In this document: positions 41,930-53,531 of the stretch, piece after piece
How positions within the stretch are numbered: the first letter of the stretch is position 1
How the letters are laid out: every line of letters starts with the position of its first letter
NCBI GenBank assembly: GCA_964016885.1
Contig: CAXHJY010000386.1
Coordinates: 1-64,000, forward strand
DNA length: 64,000 bases
Direction: 5' to 3'
DNA from: Eledone cirrhosa
Lineage: Eukaryota
Translations under genes and position numbers: made by a program
Notes under the pieces: generated by a model
Told to the model about the DNA's origin: nothing
Seen by the model: only the letters and a program-made list of their open reading frames with translations
The model's database searches: none

Positions 41930-44900
41930 ATATATTCAATGATATTAAATAAATGGAAACTATATTTATAAAACCATATTTATTCTATTGTATATATTTC
42001 AAGGTTACCAAAACTTTGGTACGCTCTCATCAGATAAAATACAAAGTTTGTTTTATAAATACTGACATAACCAGGAAAGAATAAGCTTGAGGTATAGGGC
42101 TAAAAAAAACGTAGGAATGGTGGAATATGATTCCAGAATTTAAAAATTATTTAGCTATATTATGAGTTATAATATTGTATATATAATCAATTAGATTATA
42201 TGAAGAATTATGGTTGTAAGTACATTTTATCTTATTACATTACAACAGGTTGTAAGTATATAAATATCTATATAGATTAATAATTGTGCATGTATAAGTA
42301 TTATTGTTGATTTTATAAAAATAGAAATAAATCACAATTATTAATTCTTTACATTTCTCATATGAGTTACGAAGGATGTTGATTTTGCATTTTACATTAA
42401 AAAAAAACACGTAGTTCAAGTTGTAAGAGGAGAACAATTTGTAGATTCAAATATTTTGTTCCAACATTGAAAATGTTTTCAGAATATTGTTAATTTAGCA
42501 AAGTTATATAGTTTATCATACATATTATAATGTTTGTTTGCTCAATTGAAAAGGAAAAGATAACTCCAATCTTGTTTGCTAACCGTTAAATTTGATGAAT
42601 GATTTACTCAGAAAATATGTAGAGAAAATTAAATATTATTTTATGTGAGATTAATTTTTCCAAAGATGAAAGTTTCAATTATATATTATTTTAGTCAAAA
42701 GATGTGTGAAAAGTTTGAAGATCAAAGAAGAAAAAAAAAAGTATTGTGCATTTCGAAGAACTATCGTAAAGAGGATAACTTTCAGAATGTCAATTAAAGA
42801 TTATCAATCTACATCTAAAAAATAGATTTAGAGGAGTATTATTAAGAAAATAATGTCAAATAGTAAAAATATTAAAATTAAGAAGGAAGATCATTTAAAA
42901 AAATGTTAATTTTTAAAGAAATACTCAGTAAATAATAGGATCATTTTAAAGGTGTATAACTATAGTCAAGTGTAATGAATATCATAAATTAAAAATACTT
43001 CTGAAAGTGGAATTTTGGCGATGTCTGCAACTAGAAAATAATTCTGTTTTAAGATTAATAGAGTTTTGACAGTTAATTATATAAAAATCTCCTCGATACA
43101 CAAGTGACAGATTCTTGAGAAAGCCATATTTCAGTATGCAGGTGCTTTCAAAATCGTTCCCCAAGATATTGAATTAGTCTATGTTGTTGTCTTTTAAATT
43201 CCAAATTAAATGTGAAAGTGAAGTGGAAGATTTTTTATCGGACCTATTAAATGTATGTTTATGGTTGTACCAGCATTCTTTGAATTTTGTAGAAGTGGCA
43301 CCAATATAGTTATATATTTTGTCTCTAGTTTTAACTGTGCATTTATAAATTACGTTTTTGTCTAAGCAATTATTTTGTAAAGGGCAGTTTGATTTAATTC
43401 TACAGTTACATTTTCTGGAGTTGTTGTTATTAGGAACGGTACTATTATTATGAATATTGTTGTTAGAAATATTATTATTGTTATCTTGGTTTGTTTGGTT
43501 AGGGTTTAAATTTAAGTTTCTATTATTAATTCTATTTATATTTTGAGCTATGTTCATAGTAGTAGAGTAGGATAGTTTTATACTGTGTCTGTTAAAAATA
43601 GAGTGGTATCTGTGGGCTTTAGGAAAACACTTATCTAGTACTTTAAAAAATAGCTTTGCTAAAGGTGTTTTAACGCCTAATGAGAATGGGGGAGAGTACC
43701 AAATAATATTTCTAGTTCTAGTTTTTTTGTTTGGTTTACTATTTAATTTGAATTGTTTATTGTTATTATAATAAATTCTAGGATGATTTATCATGTTATT
43801 GTTATCTATGTATTTAATTTTATTCGAGTTATCCTCCTCTATGTAAAGCCTCATTGTAATATTCTGCCTTATCATCAAAAATATTTTTATTAGCAGAGAT
43901 GCGTGAAATCCATTGCTGGACGCTATTGACAATAGTGTTTTTTTATATTTCTAGGATGATTAGAATTGAAACTTACGTAATTTAGATTTTCGTTAATTTT
44001 ATGGAATGGATGGTAAAGATCTGAGCTAAGGTTTAAGGTTACATCTAAGTTAACGATTTTGTAATTATTCTTGATTTCTAAATTAAGGTTGTAGTTGTTG
44101 AAAAATTGTATTATGGATTTCTTTTTCCTATTAATTTCACTATTGCTTTGGTTTTCAATTAAAAGTAACATATCATCACGATATAAACCTCCGGTCATCT
44201 CGAGCATTTTTCTATGCAGTACATTATTAATAAATAATCCGAGGTCCATTACTTGCGCTGAGTCAGATGATCCCATAGTGATATCAAAATTGTTTTTTCT
44301 GTCGGCTCTTGTCCAGAGATGATTATTAAATTCTATTAGGGTTTTACGTGCTGTTAGAATTATATTCATTTCTTCACTAAATAGGTCTGTATGTTTAGAA
44401 GCGTAGATAAGTGCCTTATTAAGTAAGCTAGGGGTAATAGAGGAGTAGTAATTTTGAATATCCATTTGAATGAATTTTTTCTTATGTTTTAATTTTATGT
44501 TATTAAACCAATCTATTACTTCATTAGTACCATTCCATAGTTTAAGGTGTGATTTTTCTTTAAGTAGTGGTATAATTCTATCTAATATATGTTTGCTATG
44601 TAGGGGCTCCCAAAGGAGCACTGAGTGCAATGTCAACTCTGGATGTCGGTGAGCATGTCCAGCCAACCTCATGGCAGCGATAATGAGGGACAGAGACCGC
44701 TGGAGAGAACTCGTCCATGGATCTCGGGAATTTTACCCGCCTTAGATAGATAGATATGTTTGCTAATTATGCCTAAGTCAGATTTAGATGGTGCGATAGT
44801 CTGACTGGTAGTTCAATTTCAAAATTTCTTTTGTGGTCCTTCAAGTTAATCTTCGGTTTTCTGGGTATAAAGGGTTCAGCCCTATTTTGAATGCCTAATT

Positions 44901-45065
44901 TATAAATAATTTCCAAAGCTTCCCTATTTAAGGTTGAAAGATCTTCATTTGATGTCATTTTGTAGTTTTTCCTGAGTTCTTTCAGTATAAGGTTATTATA
45001 TTCGTCCTTTTCCATACCATATAAATTATTTGTTTTGTCAGATTTTATTTAATATCATTGAATAT
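41930..45065 (-). mobile_element. Decayed Penelope-like retroelement (RT + C-terminal GIY-YIG endonuclease, Naiad-type), 5'-truncated
   Basis: Frameshifted ORF pieces: SDKTNNLY, FIQMDIQNYYSSI, FDITMGSSD, GLYRDD, SNHP, IIWYSPPFS, CNCRIKSNCPLQNNCL, VIYK..YIGAT (GIY-YIG), CHLC...CRH. A hammerhead motif lies at the 3' end. A 22-bp inverted copy of the 3' end (41932-41953) sits at 45044-45065. Confidence 0.88.
44599..44753. mobile_element. Short 5'-inverted LINE (RTE-like) insertion inside the Penelope-like element
   Basis: 12-bp TSD ATATGTTTGCTA (44587-44598 and 44754-44765). Minus part reads RLAGHAHRH..LLWEP, plus part reads MRDRDRWRELV..* then a (TAGA)n tail. Confidence 0.8.
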
Positions 45066-45399
45066 TATACTCCAGAAAACTTGAGTGCTTTGAATCAGTT
45101 ATAAACATTTATATTTGTTGAATTACCAACAAATTGAACATCCCTTTTGCTTATATACATATATATATATATATATAACATACAAAAAAACTATTTTTCC
45201 TTAAACGATATATCAGTATTCTTCTTGGTATAAGAACCACCATGAAGACTGCTACTGCTGCTAATTAAATAAAATGGGATTTGTTAAAGACATTTTTTGT
45301 TAGTGTCTCTTGTTTGTTAATTCTTTTGTTCTTTGATACAAAGCTGAATATTTTAAAAGTATTTATCATCACCATCATCATCATCAGTTTCACAGCACA

Positions 45400-46305
45400 C
45401 TTAATTAGGTTTCATGGCACACCTAATTAGATCTTATGGCACACTGAATTATGATTTTGTGGCTCACCTAATTAGATTTTGTAGCTCACCTAATTAGATT
45501 TTTTGGCTCACCTAATTAGATTTTTTGGCTCACCTAATTAAATTTTTTGGCTCACCTAATAAAATTTTGTAACATGCCTAATTATGATTTTGTGGCTCAC
45601 ATAATTTGATTTTGCGGCTCACCTAATTATGATTTTGTGGCTCACCTAATAAGAATTTGTGGCTCACCTAATTATGATTTTGTGGCTCACCTAATTATGA
45701 TTTTGTGGCTCACCTAATAAAATTTTGTAACATGCCTAATTATGATTTTGTGGCTCACATAATTTGATTTTGCGGCTCACCTAATTATGATTTTGTGGCT
45801 CACCTAATAAGATTTTGTGGCTCACCTAATTATGATTTTGTGGCTCACCTAATTATGATTTTGCGGCTCACCTAATTATGATTTTGTGGCTCACCTAATT
45901 ATGATTTTGTGGCTCACCTAATTATGATTTTGTGGCTCACCTAATAAAATTTTGTAACATGCCTAATTACGATTTTGTGGCTCACCTAATCAGATTTTGT
46001 GGCTCACCTAATTAGATTTTGTGGCTCACCTAATTAGACATTTCACAGCATATCTATTTACATTTCGCAACTCACCTAATTAGATTATGTAACCTGCCTA
46101 ATTACTTTTTCACAGCACACCTATTTAGATTTTGTGGCTCGCCTCATTAGATTTTGTAGCATGCCTAATTACTTTTTCACAGCACAGCTAGTTACATTTC
46201 ACAGCACAGCTAGTTACATTTCGCAGCACACCTATTTACATTTCACAGCACACCTATTTACATTTCACAGCTCACTAATTAGGTTTGTAAGCACATCTAA
46301 TTACA
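45400..46305. repeat. 22-23-bp minisatellite
   Basis: cacctaattatgattttgtggct repeated, degenerate at both ends. Confidence 0.9.
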
Positions 46306-46629
46306 GTTAATGATATATCAAATTATAATTTTATGACACACTGAGATGGCAACTTCTACTATAGAGGCTCCTTTGTTGCCATAGAGATTGTTGTTGTTGT
46401 TTAACACTAAGTCAGCAAAACTATGATCAAAGGTATTCCAACTGTTATTATATTTTTTGTTTTGTTTTTATCCTATAAGCAGGGAATCTATGACATTATA
46501 CAATGTCCATTTTAAAAGATAGTAGGGTGTGAGTGGAGTGAGATTTGGCTGCTATTTCTTGCAGTTCACGTGACTATATGGTGGCTCTCTGTGGATAGAG
46601 AAGCCTTGTGCCTTGTTGAGGACCAGTTA

Positions 46630-47915
46630 ATACACCAAATACACTTTGTAAAGTAGTGGTGCCAGTGCTATGATAAAATGCACCCAATCCTCTCTGTAAA
46701 GTGAGTGCTGTTGTCATAACAGAACACACCCAGTATACTCTGTAAAGTGGTAGTGCTGGTGCCACAATAGAACACACCCAGTAGACTCTGTAAAGTAGTA
46801 GTGCTGGTGCCATGACAGAATACACCCAGTACACTCTGTAAAGTGGTAGTCCTGGTGTCATGACAGAACACACCCAGTGCACTCTGTAAAGTGGTAGTGC
46901 TGGTGCCACAATAGAACACACCCAGTAGACTCTGTAAAGTAGTAGTGCTGGTGCCATGACAGAATACACCCAGTACACTCTGTAAAGTGGTAGTCCTGGT
47001 GTCATGACAGAACACACCCAGTGCACTCTGTAAAGTGGTAGTACTGGTGCCACAATAGAACACACCCAATACACTCTGTAAAGTGGTAGTGCTGGTGCCA
47101 TGACAGAACTCGCCCAATACACTCTGTAAAGTGGTAGTGCTGGTGCCATGACAGAACTCGCCCAATACACTCTGTAAAGTGGTAGTGCTGGTGCCATGAC
47201 AGAACACACCCAGTGCACTCTGTAAAGTGGTAGTACTGGTGCCACAATAGAACACACCCAATACACTCTGTAAAGTGGTAGTGCTGGTGCCATGACAGAA
47301 CTCGCCCAATACACTCTGTAAAGTGGTAGTGCTGGTGCCATGACAGAACACACCCAGTGCACTCTGTAAAGTGGTAGTACTGGTGCCACAATAGAACACA
47401 CCCAATACACTCTGTAAAGTGGTAGTGCTGGTGCCATGACAGAACTCGCCCAATACACTCTGTAAAGTGGTAGTGCTGGTGCCATGACAGAACTCGCCCA
47501 ATACACTCTGTAAAGTGGTAGTGCTGGTGCCATGACAGAACACACCCAGTGCACTCTGTAAAGTGGTAGTACTGGTGCCACAATAGAACACACCCAATAC
47601 ACTCTGTAAAGTGGTAGTGCTGGTGCCATAACAGAACACACCCAGTACACTCTGTAAAGTGGTAGTACTGGTACCACAATAAAATACACTCTGTAAAATG
47701 GTAGCACTGGTGCCATGACAAAATGCACCCTGTGCATTCTGTAAAAAGGTTGTGCTAGGGCATGATAAAATGCACTCAGTACACTCTGTAAAGTGCTTGA
47801 TGTTAGGAAATGCATCCAGTCACAGAAACCATGCTAAAATATGAAACATGAGCAAGATGTGGTTTTTCAACCAATCCAACTCATATAAAACACACATGAT
47901 GATGATGATAATGAT
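46630..47915 (+). repeat. 48-bp minisatellite (about 24 copies) ending in an RTE-type 3' terminus
   Basis: acactctgtaaagtggtagtgctggtgccatgacagaacacacccagt, then tgatgttaggaaatgcatccag...gatgatgat. Confidence 0.9.
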
Positions 47916-48734
47916 GATACTATCAATAAATCAATCATTAATAATTTCACATAACTGTAATAAACAGTCAATTATTCTGAGCCAATGAAGGAGCTGCTAC
48001 ATGGTTATTCAACCTGCTAGAAATAGCAGCCAAATCTTCAAATCATAGTACACTGTCCTAATGTGTAGTAACTTTAGAAAACAGTATTCCATTCTGGAAC
48101 AGTACACCTCCTCATGCTCACAAGACAACAAATAACAATAACTCCAGTATACATATAAATCAATTTCTGTTTTATTTAAGGACATTTTAGATGGTGTAGG
48201 GCAGAACATAGGAGAGAGACAAAAAAAAAAAATACCTGGTCACTGAGGAGGTCACAGAATGTGTGACGAAAGAGCTTTAATAATATATAAACCATCCGGT
48301 TATCCAACCAACCAACCAACCGGAAATTTAAAATAAATTGAAGTGAAAACCAACAGGTGCATATGATTTTATTGGCAGCATGACCCTCCCAAAGTGTAAC
48401 AATATACATATATATATATATATATATCAAAAATGAAAGTATATAATCAAATCTCAAGGGAGAGTAGAGACAGGTTGTAAATGAGTAACCAGTTTTAATA
48501 AAAGTTGGTTGATTTTCCTTCAAATACTTTTGGATATATATATATATATATATCATTATCATCACTGTTTAACATCCATTTTCCATGCTTGCATGGGTTA
48601 GATGGGTTGTCCACATCATGAGACAAGTCTGGCCAGTTGGCCGTGCCGTACCTTGCTTAAACAGAACTGGGATTCTTATAGCTGGATGCCCTTCATAACA
48701 CCAACCACATTTATAGATATATACTAAGTGCTGT

Positions 48735-49035
48735 GTGCAGAGGACTTGTGAAGATTGGAAAGAAATGAAGTTTGCATGCTTCAATGGATGTGCAATAGTA
48801 ATATGTGTGAACGACAAAGCATAAACAAACTGAGAGAGAAACTAGGCTTAAGAGGAATCAGATGCAGTGTGGAGGAGAGGAGATTGCGTTGGTATGGACA
48901 TAATGCATATGAAGGATGACAGCTGTATAAAAGTGTGCAGAGTGCTCAAAGTTGATGGAAGCTATGGAGTAGGAAGACCCAGGAAGAATTGGGATGAGGT
49001 GATAAAAACTGACCTTGTACAATTGCACCTCTCAA
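48735..49035 (+). mobile_element. Degenerate RTE ORF fragment (another near 54840-55065)
   Basis: MKDDSCIKVCRVLKVDGSYGVGRPRKNWDEVIKTDL matches the C-terminus of the RTE ORFs in this window. Confidence 0.85.
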
Positions 49036-49440
49036 AGGTGATGACACAGATAATTATGTGAGGTAAAGTATTTACTGTGGAAAGATAATAGTAAATATAG
49101 AATAATGTAAATGCTAAAGGGTTAAGTGAAAGGAGAAACCTTAACACTAAAATGAAACTGAATGAAACATGTGAGACATAGCACAGCCTTAGACAAGTTT
49201 CTTTCTTTCATGAGACTTATACCCAACTACCTGCCACAAAAATACAATAGTAAATATAATGTAAATGCTAAAGAGTTAAGTTATATATACATATAGATAT
49301 AGGTGAAAGATAAGAAAAATATTTCACAGTTGAAGATATCCAACCAATTGGTATTAAATGAGATAAGAACACTACTCTATCATTTTCTTTGTTTCTGTGA
49401 GTGTGTGTGTGTGTATATATATATATACATATACATACAT

Positions 49441-49473
<33 letters not shown>

Positions 49474-49569
49474 GAGAGAGAGAGGGAGTGAGAAAGATCG
49501 ATAGATAGATGAGTCATCCTCATCATCACCTTTTAACATGGTTTCCACACACACACACATATATATATA

Positions 49570-50127
49570 GTTCAAGGAGACAACAAACAGAGGTACAAAA
49601 AGTCTTATTAGTTTCACGCATGAATCACAAGACGCAGATCTTGTGTGTGAAGGAGAAGATCACTGAAACCCTTCAACCTCTAAAGCCGAGAAAAGGTACT
49701 ATGAAGACATTATTGTCCAGGAGACAGACCAGTACAATGAGAAAGACTTTAATAGACTGGAGGAAGTCTATAATTCAGACAAGATTTTACATAAGCAGTG
49801 GATGGAGACCATGCAGGCGATATATGACAAATACTATGAGGAAATGAATGGAATAAAAAATAAAAATCGTTAGAAATATGGTCTCAGGATTAGGAATTCC
49901 TTAACATGGAACTGAGGAAAGTTGAAGAACAATCATCCCAAGAAGCAGTTCTACGTGTCACAAAAGAGAAAGTTAGTTTTGAGTTCCTGCAGAAAGTCAT
50001 TAATCGGGTTGCTGAGCATAAGTCACGACTTAAGAGCCAACTGTTGTCCATCCACTCTACGATTGCCACCCACAAGGAGAAGTCACTGACCACTATCTAT
50101 AGTCCTAAACATGAGCTCAGATGTTGA
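49570..50127 (+). pseudogene. Decayed coding-like fragment (coiled-coil-like), identity unknown
   Basis: Purine-rich, non-repetitive segment with broken frames (MQAIYDKYYEEMNG; QEAVLRVTKEKVSFEFLQKVINRV) and no clear splice structure. Confidence 0.3.
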
Positions 50128-50292
50128 ATATTTCATCATCATCATTATCATGTCCGCTTTTCCTGATCCCCAAAATTGATGGTAAAATTGGGGATAGAGT
50201 GTTCGCTTATATTTGAGTATATACGGTGTATGTATGTATATATATATATATATGTGTGTGTATATGTATATATATATATATGTGTGTATATG

Positions 50293-50323
<31 letters not shown>

Positions 50324-50342
50324 ATATGTATTTATATATATA

Positions 50343-50380
<38 letters not shown>

Positions 50381-50590
50381 CTAGCTGAGGTACCCGGTAA
50401 TTCCCGGGAAACCTTAAAATACAAATACAAAGGACACAGAACTCCAAGGTCATCGGCCATTGAGATGGGCTTTGGCAGATTCAAACCCTATTAACAGTAC
50501 TACTAGTCCGCCTGGGGTCACAGCATCTGACACAAGCCAAATGCTGTCCAGTGGAATAAGAGACGAGAGACAAAACATTAATTTATAGCA
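50381..50590 (-). mobile_element. Short Helitron-like element
   Basis: Minus strand ends with hairpin cccgg-gaatta-ccggg then tacctcagCTAG|T. Confidence 0.5.
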
Positions 50591-51421
50591 TGTGTGTGTG
50601 TATATATATAGATATATATACACATATATATAGAAAGGACACTTAGCAGCTGTAAAAACCTAGCCAAAGCATGGTCCCATACAAGCAAGGAACGACGCAG
50701 CCAACTGTCCAGACCTACCTCGTAACGGTACCACTCAGTTGCATGGTTCTACTACCAGCAGGGTACAGTGCGGCCAACAGGCCAGAACCTCCTCATAACG
50801 GGGACACACAGTTCTACATTGTAAATGTGGTTGCTGTTAGGAAGGACATCTAGCAGCAATAAGAACCCAGCCAAAGCATAGTTACATATGAGCAAGGTAC
50901 GGCACGGTCAATTGGCCAAACTTGTCTCATAAGGGTGACCACCAAGTACCTCACTGTAAATGTGGTTGCTGTTAGGAAAGGCATCCAGCAACCAAAACAC
51001 AGGCCTCACTATGAGAAACGTGATGCAGCCAACTGGCCAGCCCTACCTCATAACGAGTCCACCCAGTTCCACACTGTCAACGTGTTTGGTGTTGAGTTCA
51101 ACTTTCTAACCACTAGCCTGACCTGAAAGCCTTCTAGAAGAGCTTTGAACCGTCCCATCAACACCACCAATTATTCTCAGTCTATCTGACCTTAAACCTT
51201 CCTAGTCTATCATTTTACAGAATGTTAGTATGCACATTGCACAACTGGTAGTGTGCAGTAAGCATCAGGCAACACTGCATTGCAATTACCAAACAACCAG
51301 GACTGTAACTCTGTCAAAGAAATGTATTGCAGAAAAACAAAAGATTTTTCTTTTTCTTAGGAATGGCAACCATACTGAACCCTGCCAATGCAAAGAAAAC
51401 CAATAAAACCATGAATATTCC

Positions 51422-52333
51422 TCACAAGAATTTGATACCAGATTCTGAGATAGAAAAATAAAGAGTTTTCAAATCCATATTTGTCATACAAAACTTGGTT
51501 TCTGTTGCAGTTTTCGTAAAAATCAACCGTTTGCTAACAAAATTTTCCCACACTTTATCCAAATATTTTATATGAGACCGCTTAGCTGTTGATGAATAGG
51601 TAGTTGGGCTGTTTACAGTATTAGGATTAATGATATGATTGTTATTATTAGTTGTAGTAGTATTTTGGGGGTCGGTGTATTTTGGTTTGAAGATGAGTGA
51701 TTTGGTGGCTATAACAAAGATATTTAAGTCGTTAACAAATTTCTTGAGTATTTTTGTAACTCTGCGTATGTTGAGGCCCTGGGTGCTGAAGTTATCGTTG
51801 GCACCACACCTGTCCAGCCAATAAAACGTTGATATGCTGTCGATAACCAACAAGCAGAAAGTAACATCGGTTGTCAGTTGGTATTCGAGGCTGTGCAAAG
51901 TGAGAAACAACTGCCATGAACTTGAACAGTAGACAATATAGACACGTTGGAGACAGTCGTCTGTGAACAACTGTATTTCTGATTCTAGCTTGCCGACGCT
52001 GCTCTCCCCATCATCATTACTTGGCGATGACAATTCACTGAAATGAGGCTGAAGAATTTCGGTAATTTTCTTCTCCAAGATGAGAACGAGTCTCAAAATG
52101 GAAAACTTGTAATCAGTGCTGATAAAAATGACTTTCAACTCAGGACCATTCACAGGAACATTTTTCCAAACTTTTGGCAAAACACATCGGACAATTAAAT
52201 TGAGCAAGACTTCAGTTTTCCCAGTTCCTTCTTCTCCAAAGAATTCTAGGATTTCTCCACTGCTTGACCTCTCCCCAAATAGTTCCGGAGCAACATTGCT
52301 CAAGGATTCACGTGTGCCAAGCCGAGCCAGAAG
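51422..52333 (-). CDS. XRCC2: DNA repair protein XRCC2 (RAD51 paralog), coding exon 2
   Basis: Acceptor ttttatttcttcttcAG, then LLARLGTRESLSNVAPELFG..GEILEFFGEEGTGKTE (Walker A), LLVIDSISTFYWLDR (Walker B) and VYCSSS..L.LTL.SLE. These match recalled XRCC2 motifs (LLARLEGR, ILEFHGPEGTGKTE, LILDSLSAFYWIDR). Confidence 0.95.
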   Translation of the reverse strand, partial: LLARLGTRESLSNVAPELFGERSSSGEILEFFGEEGTGKTEVLLNLIVRCVLPKVWKNVPVNGPELKVIFISTDYKFSILRLVLILEKKITEILQPHFSELSSPSNDDGESSVGKLESEIQLFTDDCLQRVYIVYCSSSWQLFLTLHSLEYQLTTDVTFCLLVIDSISTFYWLDRCGANDNFSTQGLNIRRVTKILKKFVNDLNIFVIATKSLIFKPKYTDPQNTTTTNNNNHIINPNTVNSPTTYSSTAKRSHIKYLDKVWENFVSKRLIFTKTATETKFCMTNMDLKTLYFSISESGIKFL

Positions 52334-52807
52334 CTGAAGAAGAAATAAAAACGAAAAAACCCCATTATTTTACATTATAAAAGGGAGCTGGATTGGCAGT
52401 GTTGGACAAATCCTGCCTGGGTTAACTTTACCTTTCATCCTTTCAATTCTGAAAAATAATGTATCAGTTACATACTCGAGTTGGTACATGCCAAGTCATA
52501 CTCGCTATATTTATATATATATATATATCGAGTTTCAGATGATCCCACTTATGAAAGCAGAAATTCATTGCTTAAACTTTTAATCTGTACTAATAATAAA
52601 TATTTGGTCTACGGGTTTATATATATTTATATACATATATATATACAACCTTTATCGAGTCCTCTTTGGATTTTGGTCATTGTATTTATTATTAACTTTG
52701 CCTTTCATCCTTATGGGGTCGATAAAATAAAGTATCAGTAATGTACTGGGTAATTGCTGGTCTTGTGCCAAAAGTACAAACAATTATTATTATTATATAT
52801 ATATACT

Positions 52808-52986
52808 AGGGTCGGCTGAAAAGTTCATACTCTTATGGTATGACCAAATGAGGTTTATTTTGCAACATAGTCAGCGGAAAAAAACAATGTATTTATTAAA
52901 GTTGAAAGTAATGCATACAAGATTTCATAGACCTAGCTAGCATCACTCTTCCATAGTCAGCCTATGAACCTTTTAGCTGATCCTCG
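52808..52986. mobile_element. Mariner-type MITE (second copy about 7413-7592)
   Basis: Imperfect TIRs gggtcggctgaaaagttcata and tatgaaccttttagctgatcc; same internal sequence (tgaccaaatgaggtttatttt) in both copies. Confidence 0.7.
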
Positions 52987-53498
52987 GACATAAACCATAC
53001 ACAAATGAACCCTAACTCAATTCCAATGAATCTAGAGAATCAGACGATCTTTTCGTTTTTATTTCGGGACACACACACATATAATAGCGGGGAGGGATGG
53101 ATTGAGAAGCTAAACATTATCGTCCAGTTGGCAGTATCGGTAGGGGGTCGGACACCATGCTTTGACGCATAGAGTTACGGCCCTTGCCATTCTGAGTTCA
53201 AATCCCGCCGAAGTTAACTTTGCCTTTCATCCTTACGGGGTCGATCAAATAAAGTACCAGTAATGTACTGGGTAATTGTTGACCTTGTGCCAATAGTAGA
53301 AACAATTATCGTCCAGAGTAAAACACAACAGTGTGTGCCACACTTTTTAACTTGTTGTTAATATATATAGAGAGGGGACAAGAATCTGAACCCTGTCACT
53401 TATATAAACAATGAAACCGGTGAATCGGACGAGGTATTTTTCTTATTTTTATATATATGGGATGCTTGCGCTGAAATGTTTTACATATTTTCACTCAC

Positions 53499-53531
53499 CT
53501 CCGAACCTGTTTCAACTACCTTTACTGCCAT
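53499..53531 (-). CDS. XRCC2: XRCC2 coding exon 1 (MAVKVVETGSE)
   Basis: Reverse complement reads ATG GCA GTA AAG GTA GTT GAA ACA GGT TCG GAG|GTGAGT. Phase 0 joins to LLARL and mirrors the vertebrate ESGTE|LLARL junction. The full protein is 314 aa. Confidence 0.88.

Noticed and set aside
43000-43420. Selenocysteine recoding in the Naiad-type element
   Set aside because: The Cys motifs I could read use TGT/TGC. The one TGA seen (near 43131-43133) is not at a Cys position and lies among frameshifts.
46574-47815. 413-, 323- and 239-aa repetitive ORFs
   Set aside because: Translations of a 48-bp minisatellite derived from a LINE 3' UTR.
51422-52303. Single-exon XRCC2 starting at TTG 52303
   Set aside because: The frame extends to an acceptor at 52334-52335 and a matching ATG exon exists at 53499-53531.
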